Positions 23,886 through 36,699 of a stretch of DNA of 64,000 nt are shown piece by piece. The position numbers and the translations under genes were made by a program. Position 1 is the first letter of the stretch. Each line of letters opens with the position of its first letter. The notes below the pieces were generated by a model. It saw only the letters and a program-made list of their open reading frames with translations. It had not been told where the DNA came from and did not search any database. The stretch comes from Squalus acanthias (lineage: Eukaryota), in the NCBI GenBank assembly GCA_030390025.1, contig CM059444.1, positions 46,748,001-46,812,000 on the forward strand. Reading direction: 5' to 3'.

Positions 23886-26164
23886 AAAGTATTTGTTTAA
23901 TTTCTCTGCCATTTCCTTATTCCCCATTATAATTTCTCCTGTCTCAGCCTGTAAGGGACCCACATTTACTTTCGCTAATCTTTTCCTTTTTACACACCTA
24001 TAGAAGCTTTTACAGTCTATTTTTATGTCTCTCGCTAGTTTATTCTCATATTCTATTTTCCCTTTCCTTATCAATTTCTTGGTCCTCCTTTGCTGAATTC
24101 TAAAATGCTCCCAATCCTCAGGCTTACTACTCTTTTTAGCAACATTATAAGTCTCTTCCTTTGATCTAATACTATCTTTAACTTCTCTTGTTAGCCACGG
24201 TTGGACCACTTTTCCTGTGAGGTTTTTGTGCCTTAAAGGAATGTATATTTGTTGTAAATTATGTATTCATTCTTCAAATGCTAGCCATTGCTTCTCTACC
24301 ATCATACCTTTCAATGTAGTTTCCCAATCTACCTTAGCCAACTCACCCCTCATACCTATGTAGTTTGCTTTGTTTAGATTTAAGACCCTAGTTTCAGATT
24401 TGACAATCACTTTCAAACTCAAAATTCTATCATATTATGGTCACTCTTCCCCAAAGGCCCCTTTACTACAAAGGTTATTAATTAACCCTTTCTCATTGCA
24501 CAATACTAGATCTAAAATAGCCTGTTCCCTAGTTGGTTCCTCAACATAATGATCTAGAAAACTATCTTGCATACATTCTATGAATTCGCCCTCCACGCTA
24601 TTACTGCAAAATTTGGTTTGCCCAGTCCATATGTAGATTAAAGTCCCCCATGATTACTGTATTATCCATGTTACATGCGCCTCTAATTTCCGGATTTATA
24701 CTCTGCTCTACATTACAACTACTGTTTGGGGGCCTATAAACAACTCCCACCAATGTTTTCTGCCCCTTGCTGTTTCTTGGCTCCACCCAAACTGATTCTA
24801 CTTCTTGATTTTCAGAGCTAAGATCCTTTCTCTCTACTGTCTTTATCCCATCCTTTATTATCAGGGCTACCCCGCCTCCTTTTCCATTTTGCCCATCTCT
24901 TCTAAAAGTTAAGTATCCTGGAATATTTAGTTCCCAACCTTGGCCACTTTGCAACCACGTCTCCGTTATGGCTATTAGATTAAAACCTGTTAATTTCTAT
25001 CTGCACTATTAATTCATCTATTTTGTTGCAAATGCTTCGCACATTCAGATATAGTGCCTTTAGCTTTCACTTATTTCTATTTTTCCCTGATGTCAACTTA
25101 GTCACTGATGTCTTATTACCTTTGTTACTCTCTCTGTCCCTTCCTGACCCACTATGCTTAATTTTACCCAAAACTCTACTCTACTCCAGGGCCTTGACAT
25201 TTCTCTCGCTGCTTTTAAATTTACTCTTTCCTGAATCCTTCCACCACCCCCCATCATTAGTTTAAAGCCCCGTCTACAGCCCTAGTTATTCGGTTCGCCA
25301 GGACACTGGTCCCAGCCCGGTTTAAGTGGAGCCCATCCCAATGGAACAGCTCCCTCTTTCCCCAGTACTGGTGCCAGTGCCCCATGAACTGAAACCCCTT
25401 CCTCCCACACCACTCTTTGAGCCACGCATTTAAAACTCTAATCTGATTGCCCCGATGCCAATTTGTGCGTGGCTCAGGTAACAATCCAGAGATTATTACA
25501 TTTGAGGTTCTGCTTTTTAATTTGGATCCTAGCTCCTCAAACTCCCTCAGCAGAACCTCATTCCTAGTTCTACCTATGTCATTGGTTCCTACGTGGACCA
25601 CGACAACTGGATCCTCCCCCTACCACTCCAAGTTCTTCTCCAGCCGCGAGGAGATGTCTTTAACCCTGGCAGGCAACACAACCTTCAGAACTCTCGGTCG
25701 CGGCTGCAAAGAACAGTATCTATCCCCCTGACTATACTGTCCCCTACCATAACTACATTCCCTTTCACTCCCTCCACTTGAATGGCCTCCTGCACCATGG
25801 TGCCATGGTCAGCTTGCTCATCCATCCTGCAAGCTTTTCCCTCATCTACACAGGCAGCAAGAACCTCATACCTGTTGGACAAGGGCAAAGGTTGAGGCTC
25901 CTCCAGCACTGCACCTGGGGTCCCCTTACCTGCCTGAGTTGCAGTGACACCCGCCTGTCCCTGACCACTAACCAGACCTGTACCACTACCTAACCTAAGG
26001 GGTGTGACTGCCTCCTGGATTAAAGTGTCCAGGTAACTCTCCCCATCCCTGATGCCCCGCAATGTCTGCACCTCAGACTCCAGCTCAAAAACTCTGAGCT
26101 GAAGTTCTTCAAGTTGCAGGCACTTACTGTAAACGTGGTTGTCCGGGATCACAGTGCTCTCCAC

Positions 26165-27455
26165 AAAGCTATCAAGCGGCACTTACTCAACAATAACCTG
26201 CTCACTGATGCCCAGTTTGGGTTCCGCCAAGACCACTCGGCTCCCGACCTCATTACAGCCTTGGTCCAAACATGGACAAAGGAGCTGAATTCCAGAGGTG
26301 AGGTGAGAGTGACTGCCCTTGACTTCAAGGCAGCATTTGACCGAGTGTGGCATCACGGAGCTCTAGTAAAACTGAAGTCAATGGGAATCGGGGGGAGAAC
26401 TCTCCACTGGCTGGTGTCATACCTAGCACAAAGGAAGATGGTTGTGGTGGTTGGAGGTCAATCATCACAGCCCCAGGACATCGTTGCAGGAGTTCCTCAG
26501 GGCAGTGTCCTAGGCCCAACCATCTTCAGCTGCTTCATCAATGACCTTCCCTCCAACATAAGGTCAGAAATGGGGATGTTCGCTGATGACTGCACAGTAT
26601 TCAGTGCCATTCACAACTCCTCAGATAATGAAGCAGTCCATGCCCGCATGCAACAAGACCTGGACGACGTTCAGGCTTGGACTGATAAGTGGCAGGTATC
26701 ATTCGCGCCAGGCAATGACTATCTCCAACAAGCGAGAGTCTAACCACATTCAACAGCATTACCATCGCCGAATCCCCCATCAACATCCTGGGGGCTCACC
26801 ATTGACCAGAAACTTAACTGGACCAGCCACATAAATACTGTGGCAACAAGAGTAGGTCAGAGGCTAGGTATTCTGCGGTGAGTGTCTCACCTCCTGACTC
26901 TCCAAAGCCTTTCCACCATCTACAACGCACAAGGAGTGTGATGGAATACTCTCCACTTGCCTGGATGAGTGCAGCTCCAACAATACTCAAGAAGCTCGAC
27001 ACCATCCAGGACAAAGCAGCCCGCTTGATTGGCTATCCATCCACCACCTTAAACATTCACTCCCTCCACCACCGGCGTACCGTGGCTGCAGTGTGTACCA
27101 TCTACAAGATGCACTGCAGCAACTCGCCAAGGCTTCTTCGGCAGCACCTCCCAAACCCGCGACCTCTTTCACCTAGAAGGACAAGGGCAGCAGACGCTTG
27201 GGAACACCACCACCTCTAAGTTCCCCTCCAAGTCACACATCATCCTGACTTAGAAGTATATCGCCGATCCTTCATCGTCGCTGGGTCAAAATCCTGGAAC
27301 TCCCTACCTAAGAGCACTGTGGAAGTACCTTCACCACATGGACTGCAGCAGTTCAAGAAGGCGGCTCACCACCACCTTCTCAAGGGCAATTAGGGATGGA
27401 CAATAAATGCTGGCCTCGCCAGCGACTCCCACATCCCATAAACGAATAAAAAAAA
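26165..27455 (+). mobile_element. Second CR1-group LINE (RT and 3' end) inserted antisense into CR1 ORF1
   Basis: QFGFR, ALDFKAAFDRVWH, GVPQGSVLGP, FADD; ends in an A-rich tail at about 27455. Confidence 0.88.
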
Positions 27456-28945
27456 CCTCCCACATGCTGCAGTTGCGGCACACCACCTGCACTGCCATCC
27501 CTATATGACCTTGTTTTATTTAAATTAAATTTAATAAAATTTGTAATTAGGTAATTTAGTTTACAGTGTAGTTTCTTGACTAATTACTTGATCTAGATTA
27601 CGTTAAGGGTACTGAAATTAATTATCTACCTGCAACACAAAGCACTACAAGTAGTGTAGGCAAAAAGCAACAACTCCTTCTCCCTCTCCAATTCCCACTC
27701 TTTCCAAATTCCCAACTAAAACACTCTGTTCAAGTCCGCTCCGTTTAATCCCGCTCTGTGCAGACCGCAACTCAGACAGGTAATACTATCGATAGTGTGG
27801 CTACTGATGGAGTGGCATGAAGATAGGCATACTGTGATCGTGTTTGTTTTATTCCACCTCAACCATCTGTATTTTTGCAGTGAATTTCCTTTCATTGCTC
27901 AGATGGTTTTAAACATGGGTATAGAAGGAATCTTAATCATCCTATTACCCAGGACAATTTTCACAAGAGTCGGATGACCTGGCGGACTGCTGCATAGGGC
28001 ACTGAGAGTGAGAAGTACACTGGTCCGGGTAACTGAGGAGCCTCTTGCATATGGTTTCTTTTCAAATCTTTCACCAAGTTATTTTCAAGTGCCTAACAGA
28101 TTTGAAAAGAGACGGAAGGCAAGAAGAACAATTTATATTTGGGATCAGATGGCAGTGGTAGCAGCTGGGTCAGATTCCTGGGGATTAACGAGAGGAGTGC
28201 ACTGATCAGGTGCTATGGGGAGCAAAGCAAGTTCTTCTATTTGGCTCTACTTACACTCTGTTATTTTCAAATTTCTGGTCAGCTCAAAAATGGTTCAATC
28301 AATTTGATAAAAATAGTCCTTTCAGCCCCAGCTGATTTTGCCAGCAGAAGCAGATGAAAGGTAAGTAAAAGCAAGGAAAATTCAGGCATCCCCAACTCCC
28401 ACAGGTCTTCCATTATCTCTGAAAATTATCATAGATATTCAAGTACACATATAATTGAGGCTGCGCTGTATATACAACATTAAACAGATACTTGTCATTT
28501 ACCAAATACTATTATTTATACTCTAACTAAAGGGCACTAATTACTCTAGCAGATCTCTAGTGGCATTGTTCATGGTGAGTTGGAGATTTTATAAGAACAG
28601 GGATTTTATGTCAAGTAGTTCTACTAAGGAAACTAACTTATTAACATTAGGGTTAGCCTTGGGATCTGGGAACACTTGGAAGGGGGCCTAGAAATTGACA
28701 GTGCTGGAGTCAGCCTCAGGGCCTAAGAGCACTGGCAGGAACGCCCAGGGTTTCCAGAACACTGGAGGAGGGGGGTCAGGTAGGTCCTGTGATCTGTGAG
28801 AATTGGCGAGGGTAGTCTCAGATTGTGGGAGCATTGCAGGAGGTTCTGGGATCAGGAATAACTGGGAACATGGTCTCGGAGTTTGTGAACACGGAATAGG
28901 AGTTTTGGGTCAAGGGGGAAAGAGTCTGGGGAGTGGACTCTAGGG

Positions 28946-29770
28946 GGGGGGAATTTTGCCAGCCCTGAGGAGGCGGGTTTGGAGGCGGGACTGTCCAGAA
29001 AATGGCAGAAACTGGGAGCAGGTACCGAACCCGCTCCCAACCCGCCTCCATGCCATCTTCCCGGGAGGCGGGTCCCCGAGTCGCGCAGGGACCCGTCTCG
29101 AGGAGGGAAGGGGATTAGAGCCAATTAACTGCCTGTTAATAGGTAGTTAACAGGCAGTTTTGAGGTTTCTCCCCATTTTACGCCTGCAACAACAGGCAGT
29201 TTTGAGGTTTTTCCCCATTTTACGCCTGCAATTACGGGCTTCCCGATGGCTGCGAACCTCGCCAGGGTCAGCGAGGCGAGCAGTGGGTCTGCGGGGGTGA
29301 GAGGGGTCGAAATGACAGATGTAAAGGCGAGTGATGGGTGCAAGTGTGGACAGGTAAGTATGAAAGGGGAGTGTAAAGTTTCCTTACCTTTGCTTCTTTC
29401 TGCAGGCTTTCAACCATTGAGCATCCGGAGGTGCCTCATCTCAACGGCAGAGATGACAGAATGGCTGCTGCATTCTCAGATGCTGCAGCCATCTGCTTTC
29501 TGCTGAGGAGAGAGGTCATGCTGAGCCTTTGTGCAAGGGCTCACCTTAGAACAGAGATTGTCAGTGTTTGACAGCTTCTCAAAGCTGTCAAACGCTGACA
29601 ATTCATCTGTCAAAAAATTTGACAGATGAAGTGTCATACGCTGACGTCATCTGTCACCAGCTTTCCCTTAATTGGCCGGTTAAGCCCGTCCGACGTCGCT
29701 GGGGGCGGGACTAGAACCCGGAAGGCAGCAGTCCCGCCCCAAACTCGTCTCAGCTGGTAAAATCCAGCCC
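28946..29770. mobile_element. Harbinger-type MITE, family B-related
   Basis: Ends GGGGGGAATTTTGCCAGC / GCTGGTAAAATCCAGCCC; left subterminus matches the right end of the element at 39370-43008; internal ~40-bp tandem duplication at about 29148-29232. Confidence 0.8.
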
Positions 29771-30797
29771 TGGAAGTTCTTCAGGGCTAGAGAAAGACAA
29801 ACAGTTTATCTGGCCATTTATCTCACCGTTGTTTGTGGGACCTTGCCACCATTTCCCTACATTACAACAGTGACTAGACGTCAAAAGTAATTAATTGGTT
29901 GTGTAGCGCTTCTGAATATCCTGAGGTCCATAAATGGCATATGTAAATGCAAGTTCTTTCTTCTATATCAGGAAATTGTGCAACTCCAGCCCATTATTTT
30001 TTACCCATTAATAGCAATAGTGGAAAATCACAGCTGAAGGGGGGGGGGGGGGAGGTGCAATTTTCAGACATGGAAAATCCCCCTATTGCATCATAATTCT
30101 TAGTAATAAAATAATGGACACGACTGCGCATGTGCAGTTTCAATGTTTATTTGGTGGTTCTGAGTGGAAAAAAAACTGTTGGGTGCAACTATGCTGTGAA
30201 GCCGTTTGCAGCGACTGTTAAAAACATCTGTTGGTTGCTCCGTGAAGAGGCTGTCACAGTCATATCGGAAGTGCTTATTTTATATAGGTTTTGTGTACTT
30301 TTTAATTGGGATGAAACTTTATAAAATAAAGTCTGGAGAAAGTGTGGAGGCTCGGTTTGAAAAAAATTGAATCCATGTTAAAGGATCCCAAGTACAAAGT
30401 GAACAGTGAATGTTTGCTGGTAAATATGAAGATTAATGATGAGTTTAATGCATTTCTGCCGAAACAGAGCCGCAACAGGAAAAGAAAACCTGGGCCAGCA
30501 AAACTCAGCAAACGTCGATTTTTATTAATTTTCTTCTCCTTTCCCTTCACACAGAGCTCGCGCTTCAAACAAATATATCTCTGCAACCCTCCCCCACGAT
30601 ATTACTATACATTAATACTTAAACCAACCCGCGCGATATTATTATGCATTATTATTAAACCAACCTAGAGCTCCACAGATTTATGCGATACGACGATATT
30701 ATTATACATTAATACTTAAACCACCACAGATTTATGTGCAGAACGCTTCGGCACAGCTTCCAGTTCGTTGGCAGCAGTCACTCTGTAGAATGATAAT

Positions 30798-31541
30798 GGC
30801 CCAAAAATTAGTGCCGCTACGCGAGAGTACGCACTGTGTACTCTCGCGTATTCTGTCTCCAATTGCCGGTTTTCTGCATGCACTGCGCATGCGCTGAAAA
30901 CCGGCACTTGGTGAATGGAAAAGGGGGCGGTTCCTAGGTGAACCGCGTGCACGCTACAGGCTGCGCGCACGCTGTGCACTTCATGCTTTGGACGCACAGG
31001 TAAGTAGGGAAGATTTTGGAAATGTAAAAAGGAGGAGTAAGACCCGCTTTTAAGAAGGTAAGTAGTGAATTAAGTATTTTTTTGAATTTTTTTTAACAGG
31101 TATATCTTTTTTAGAGACTTTAAAGACAGGTAAGTTTATTTTTATAACTTTTTAAAAGATTTTAAAATTTTTCAAAAATTTAATTTTTTATTTAAAATGG
31201 TTAATTTAATTAACTATACTTATTTTATTAATGTGATGGTTTTTTTTTAAAATTTAATTGAGGTTTAGCTGTTATTTTGGGGGGGTGTAAGATTCATAGA
31301 TTTCACAGCCATGCTGTGAGACTTATGAATGGAAGATGGTGTGCTGCCATTGGCTCTAACTGAGTCACGTGATCCCACAGCTCGCACGAATTCACTACGC
31401 CGCTGGGATACGCAAGCCCAGCACAGCTGATGTCTGGAACATCAAGTTCGTGCGAGCTGGAACTGAAAAAGCCAACGCGCAGTGAGAGATCGCGGGGAAG
31501 CCTTACCCTCGCACGAAGGCTTCCTCACGAATTTTTGGGCC
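30798..31541. mobile_element. Harbinger-type MITE, family C
   Basis: TIRs GGCCCAAAAATTAGTG / CACGAATTTTTGGGCC; internal palindromes. Confidence 0.8.
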
Positions 31542-31899
31542 ATTGTGCATAACATTTTAGGAACCTCACCCCCCACTATTTTGCATCATTTTGGTCATTT
31601 GAAGTCCTCTTCAACTGAGCAGCTATTTGTAGATGCCCTCACCCCACTGAGTATTGTTTCCCACATCTGGACCAGTCTTTTCCCTGCCCTCCCATTTCAT
31701 CCCCAAACTGAACAGTTTTTTTTTTGGGGGGGGGGGGGGGGGAAAGCTCCACTTCCCCACACCTACAAAATTTTCCAAATAAAATCCAAAGTTCCAAATT
31801 ATTTTCTAAAGTAACTAGAAATCCAATAAAGTAGCTACTGACAGGCTTAAAAAGTGAAAAAAGACAAAACACCAGGCCTGGATAGGCTTCATGCAAGAA

Positions 31900-33190
31900 T
31901 ACTTACAGAAGTGGCCAGCAAAATCGGTCACCTCTTCAAGGAATCATTAGAAATGGGAAGTAGTGCCCAAGGATTGAAAAACAGCAGTTTTTAAGAAGGA
32001 ATATAGGGATGATACGGGGAAACTACAGAACAGTAAGGCTAACATCTCTTGTGGGTTCAGTATTAGAAGACATCCAAAAGAAGGGATAATGAAACACCGA
32101 GACAGGTACAGTTTGGTAAAAGGGAGTCAGCATGGATGAGAGTCTTGCCTGATAAATTTACTGGAGATCTTCATGAAAATAACTGGTTTGTTAACAACAG
32201 AAATCTGTGTATGTTATGTATTTAGATTTCAGCAGTTAGCCCATAAGGCAGGAAGTCATGGTATAGGAGGTAAACTTCTGAGGCGGATTAAAGATTAGCT
32301 AAATCAGAGAAAGCAAAGGGTGGATGTGAATGGAGCTACATCGGCGTGGCAAGGAATCACTAGCAGGGCGCACCAAGGATCAGTGTTGGGGCCATTGCAT
32401 ATATAAATGATTCGGAGCTAGGCACAGAAACAGATCTGTGTAAATGTGCAGATGACAACAAATTGGTAACACACAAACTAAATACGAAAGGGATTTGGAT
32501 AGGTTGGGAGCTGTGCTGATGAGTGGCAAATGGCATTTAATGCGAACAAATACAAGGTAATGAGACTAGGGAAGCATGAACAATGAGAATATAAACTCAA
32601 GGGCTCCAGAGGGATATAGCAGTATTAGTAGTTACCTCAACAGAACCAACAGCATAGTGTGTGCAGCAGTAGTAAGAAAAGCTAACCAGATTTTGGCATG
32701 TGTAACATCAAGAACAATTCCCATAGTGAGTTTTTACAGCTCAGCCACACCTGGAGCAATGTGCACAACTCTGGTCACCGTACTGCAGCAAAGATATCCA
32801 GGCTTTGGATTCAGTGCAGAATAGGGCAACCAAACTGATAATTAGCTCAAGACATTGAGCTACAAGAAGTTGAAGAGCCTGGAATTGTTTATTCTGAAAA
32901 AGGGAATGCTCGGGGAAATATTATTTAATTATTCAAGTTTCTTAAAGGAATAGATAAATTGAAATTCACTAATATATTGGAGATTGCGACAAACTCTAGA
33001 ATTAACAAACATAGGCTCAAGCTTAGACGAGGGAAGGCGTCTAGACAGTTTACACAGTGTAGAATGGACTGCTCAGAGAAGGAGACAATGTGGAAAAATG
33101 TAAATAGAGAATTGGATTGGGCAATTGAAGTGCATTAGTTTTTGGGACTGTCTAGATACAGTCTTTTCCACTCCTGTACTTTCTGATGTT
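31900..33190 (+). mobile_element. Old, heavily degraded CR1 LINE
   Basis: Colinear nucleotide similarity to the CR1 RT regions elsewhere in the window. Confidence 0.7.
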
Positions 33191-33285
33191 CGTTATAGAA
33201 TCATACAGTACACAAGGAGGCTATTTTGCCCATTGTGCCTGTGACAGCACTTTGAAAGAGCTACTATCCCACTCCCTTGCTGTTT

Positions 33286-34390
33286 CATAAGAACATAAGA
33301 AATAGGAGCAGGAGTAGGCCATTCGGCCCTTCGAGCCTGCTCCACCATTCAATGAGATCATGGCTGATCTTCTGCCTCAACTCCATTCACCGGCCCTATC
33401 GCCATATCCCTTGATGCCCTTACTAGTCAGAAATCTATCGACTTCTGGTTTGAATATACCCAATGACTGAACCTCCACAGCCCTCTGGGGTAGAGAATTC
33501 CAAAGATTCACCACCCTCTGTGTGAAGAAATTTCTTCTCATCTCAGTCCTGAATGGCCTACCCTTTATCCTGAGGCTGTGGCCCCTGGTTCTAGACTCCC
33601 CAGCTAAGGGAAACATTCTCCCAGCATCCATCCTATCAAGCCCTGTAAGAATTGTGTGTGCTTCAATGAGATCCCCTCTCATTCTTCTGAATTCAAGAGA
33701 ACACAGGCCTAGTTTACTCAATCTCTTCTCATACGACAGTCCCACCATCCCAGGAATCAATCTCGTGAACCTTTGTTGCACTCCCTCTATGGCAAGTATA
33801 TCCTTCCTTAGGTAAGGATACCAAAATTGTACACTGTTCTCCAGGTGTGGTCTCACCAAGGCCCTATATAATTGGAGTAAGACTTCTTTACTCCTGTACT
33901 CAAATCCTCTTGTAATGAAGGCCAGCATACCATTTGCCTTCCTAATGGCTTGCTGCACCTGCACATTCACTTTCAGTGACTCATGTACAAGGACACCCAG
34001 GTCCCTTTGAGCATCTGCATTCCCCAATCTTTCACCATTTAAGAAATACTCTGCCTTTCTGCTTTTTCTACCAAAGTGGATAACTTCACACTTATCCACA
34101 TTATATTCCATCTGCCATGTTCTCGCCCACTCACTGAGCCTGTCGAGATCCCCTTGAAGCCTCTTCACATCCTCTTCGCAACTGACACTGCCACCTAGCT
34201 TTGTATCATCAGCAAATTTGGAAATGTTACATTTAGTCCCTTCATCCAAATCATTGATATAGATTGTGAATAGCTGGGGCCCAAGCACCGATCCTTGCGG
34301 TACCCCACTAGTCACAGCCTGCCATCCTGAAAAAGACCCGATTATCCCTACTCTTTGTTTTCTGTCTGTTAACCAATTCTCAATCCATGA
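33286..34390 (-). mobile_element. Young CR1 (HER1-like) 3' fragment with open 312-aa RT C-terminus, nested in another CR1 3' end (about 33195-34935)
   Basis: ORF 33377..34315 with GVPQGSVLGP and FADD; tail at 33286; host CR1 resumes at about 34390. Confidence 0.9.
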
Positions 34391-34687
34391 GATTCCCCAT
34401 AGTCCTGCAAATTTTTCCTTTTCAAGTATATATCCAGTTCCCTTTTGAAAGTTACTATTGAATCTACTTCCACCACCCTTTCAGGCAGTGCACAATAACT
34501 CGCTGCGTAAATTTTTTTTTTCCTCGTGTCCCCTCTGGTTCTTTTGCCAATTACCTTAAATCTGTGTCCTCTGGTTACCAACCCTTCTGCCACTGGAAAC
34601 AGTTTCTCCTTATTTACTCCATCAAAACCTTTCATGATTTTGAACACCTCTATTAAATCTCCCCTTAACCTTTGCTGCTCAGAGAAC

Positions 34688-34838
34688 AATTCCAACATCT
34701 TCCAGCTCTGATGAAGTCATTGACCTGAAACGTTAACTTTGTTTCTCTCTCCGCAGATTCTGCCTGACCTGCTGAGTGTTTCCAGCATTTTCTGTTTTTA
34801 TTGCCGATTTCCAGCATCTGCAGTATTTTGCTTTTGTT
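34688..34838 (+). mobile_element. Penelope-like terminus with hammerhead core, inserted in CR1
   Basis: CTGATGA (34708-34714)...GAAACGTTAACT; same family as 6445-7405. Confidence 0.6.
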
Positions 34839-35844
34839 AATCCCAGTTTCTCTAGTATCTCCACATAACTGAAGTCCCTCATCCCTAGTACCATTCAAGT
34901 AAATCTCCTCCGCATCCTCTCGAAGGTTCTAAGCAAGACCCTGTTAATCAAACATCAGTATACAAAGCTACACAAGAATACAGAAAAAAATTTCTCGAAA
35001 AATATACACTGATTATAATTAGTTATTTACAGATCAGTAATGAATTTCACTTTTCTGTATCAACGTAATATTTAACAGTAGCTTGTGCTGATCCATGAAT
35101 AAGATTCACAATAAACATATATTCCACAATTGTTGCTTAATTTTGCACTCAGATTTCTACAGCCTTGAATTACACACATCTATGTAACCAAAAGTCTTTC
35201 CCATGCCTTACAGTCACACAATAGGGGTAAATATCAGTCACATTTGAAATCCTGGTCGGAAAACTACTAATGAACAACCAGTAAGCAGCAAAGAACAGCA
35301 ATGAACAACCACACCACAAGCCAAACAAACACTAATGAACAACCAGCAAGCAACACTGAAAACACTTTTTTGAGGTGCAGTCAGTATCCATCTTCTCAGT
35401 AACTGAAGAACGTAGTCCTAACATAGTAAAATTAAATAATTCTCAAAAGAAATGACTAAACTTAGCCATAACCCGACCTATTTTACCCAAGATATTTCTA
35501 CAATAACTTTCCTCTGCAGAGGTCTTTCCTTTTCCCTGGAACAGGACTATTTGGCTCTAAGAGCTTGCAGTGTTTAACTGAGCTTGTCTACCAATACTAC
35601 CTCAATTCAAAGGATGCTAGATCTCAGTTTGCAGACTGTGTCCATTTGGTGCCTGACAAAACCTCACTCTCTACTGCTGAAAAAAATTAAAGCCATAAGT
35701 TCATACAACCTAAATTTATCTATTACTGAAATCTGTACTGCTAAGACAAATTTAAAAAAATGGGCTGGACTTTAACTCAGCAGTTCTCCTGATTAGTCAG
35801 CACAGAAATGAGCAGTTAATTTGAGGTTTTTTTTGGTAGTACTG

Positions 35845-36040
35845 GTTTAGAGAGGATTGCTGACCAGGACACTGGGAAAATTCCTTGCTCTTCAAGTAGC
35901 ATCATAGGATTTTTATCATCCACCTGAACCACTGGAATGGAGAGACAGCGCCTCAGTTTAATGTCTCCTGCAAATGACAACACTGACAGTGCAGAATTCC
36001 CTCAGTTCTACACTGGATTGTGAGCCTAGATTATGCACTA
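35845..36040 (-). mobile_element. Degraded DeuSINE (SacSINE1-like) fragment
   Basis: Similar to 54365-54640. Confidence 0.6.
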
Positions 36041-36699
36041 CAGGAAGAGGGGGATTTCTTTTTGCCCATGAACAATGTCACGAGATATTAATTATATGTT
36101 ATTTAATAATAAATACTGGGTTACATAATATAATAATCCTGTTGTAAAATAGCACATCTTCCAGCTCAGTGAGCAATGCCACAGGAGATCATCTTGTTTT
36201 CTATAAATCTCAGTATATAACAATTGAAGAATTACACGTTCCTTTTATCTACTTTTAATTATTGAGCAAGCATGGTTAAAAGTATGCATACTAATGTGAT
36301 TGCGATGTGCCCTAAAGTGCCCAAAATCTAATACTGTTAGCCTACTTCTAACAACAGGTTTTCATTAGCTGTGACGTAGGTATAAAACTAGAAAATAGGG
36401 CAAGGATATATATATCTATCTATCAAGTAAAAAGCTCTGTCTATAGTGAATGTTGTGACTGCAGTGAACATGTGCCAATTGTCTTTAGGAACATTTGCCA
36501 GTTGTTGTCTTCATTCGTAAACTGTTTGGTTCTGTTTTTCTGTTTGAATTGGTAATTTTCTTTCACTATCTGATTAATAATACAGTAGAAAGCCATTCTC
36601 CCCACACCTTTTAATTATCTCCCCACAAAAATATTCTCCCAATTACATTACATAAAAGATAATTTTAGGATTTCAACAAAAATATTCTCCCCAATCACA

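Larger units (their letters stand above)
21700..27770 (-). mobile_element. Near full-length decayed CR1 LINE (ORF1 zinc finger plus SGNH esterase; ORF2 APE plus RT) with two nested insertions
   Basis: ORF1 start MAVQVVCRNCSMWE at 27498, continuing at about 26165; GDSIVRG, VHVGTNDIG, DGLHLN; APE motifs VYRPP and MGDFN; RT YLDFQKAFDKV; 3' tail at 21700. Confidence 0.9.

Noticed and set aside
35266-35350. Three spaced AATGAACAACCA repeats as a CRISPR-like array
   Set aside because: Eukaryotic intron, 12-bp units, irregular low-complexity spacers, no cas genes.
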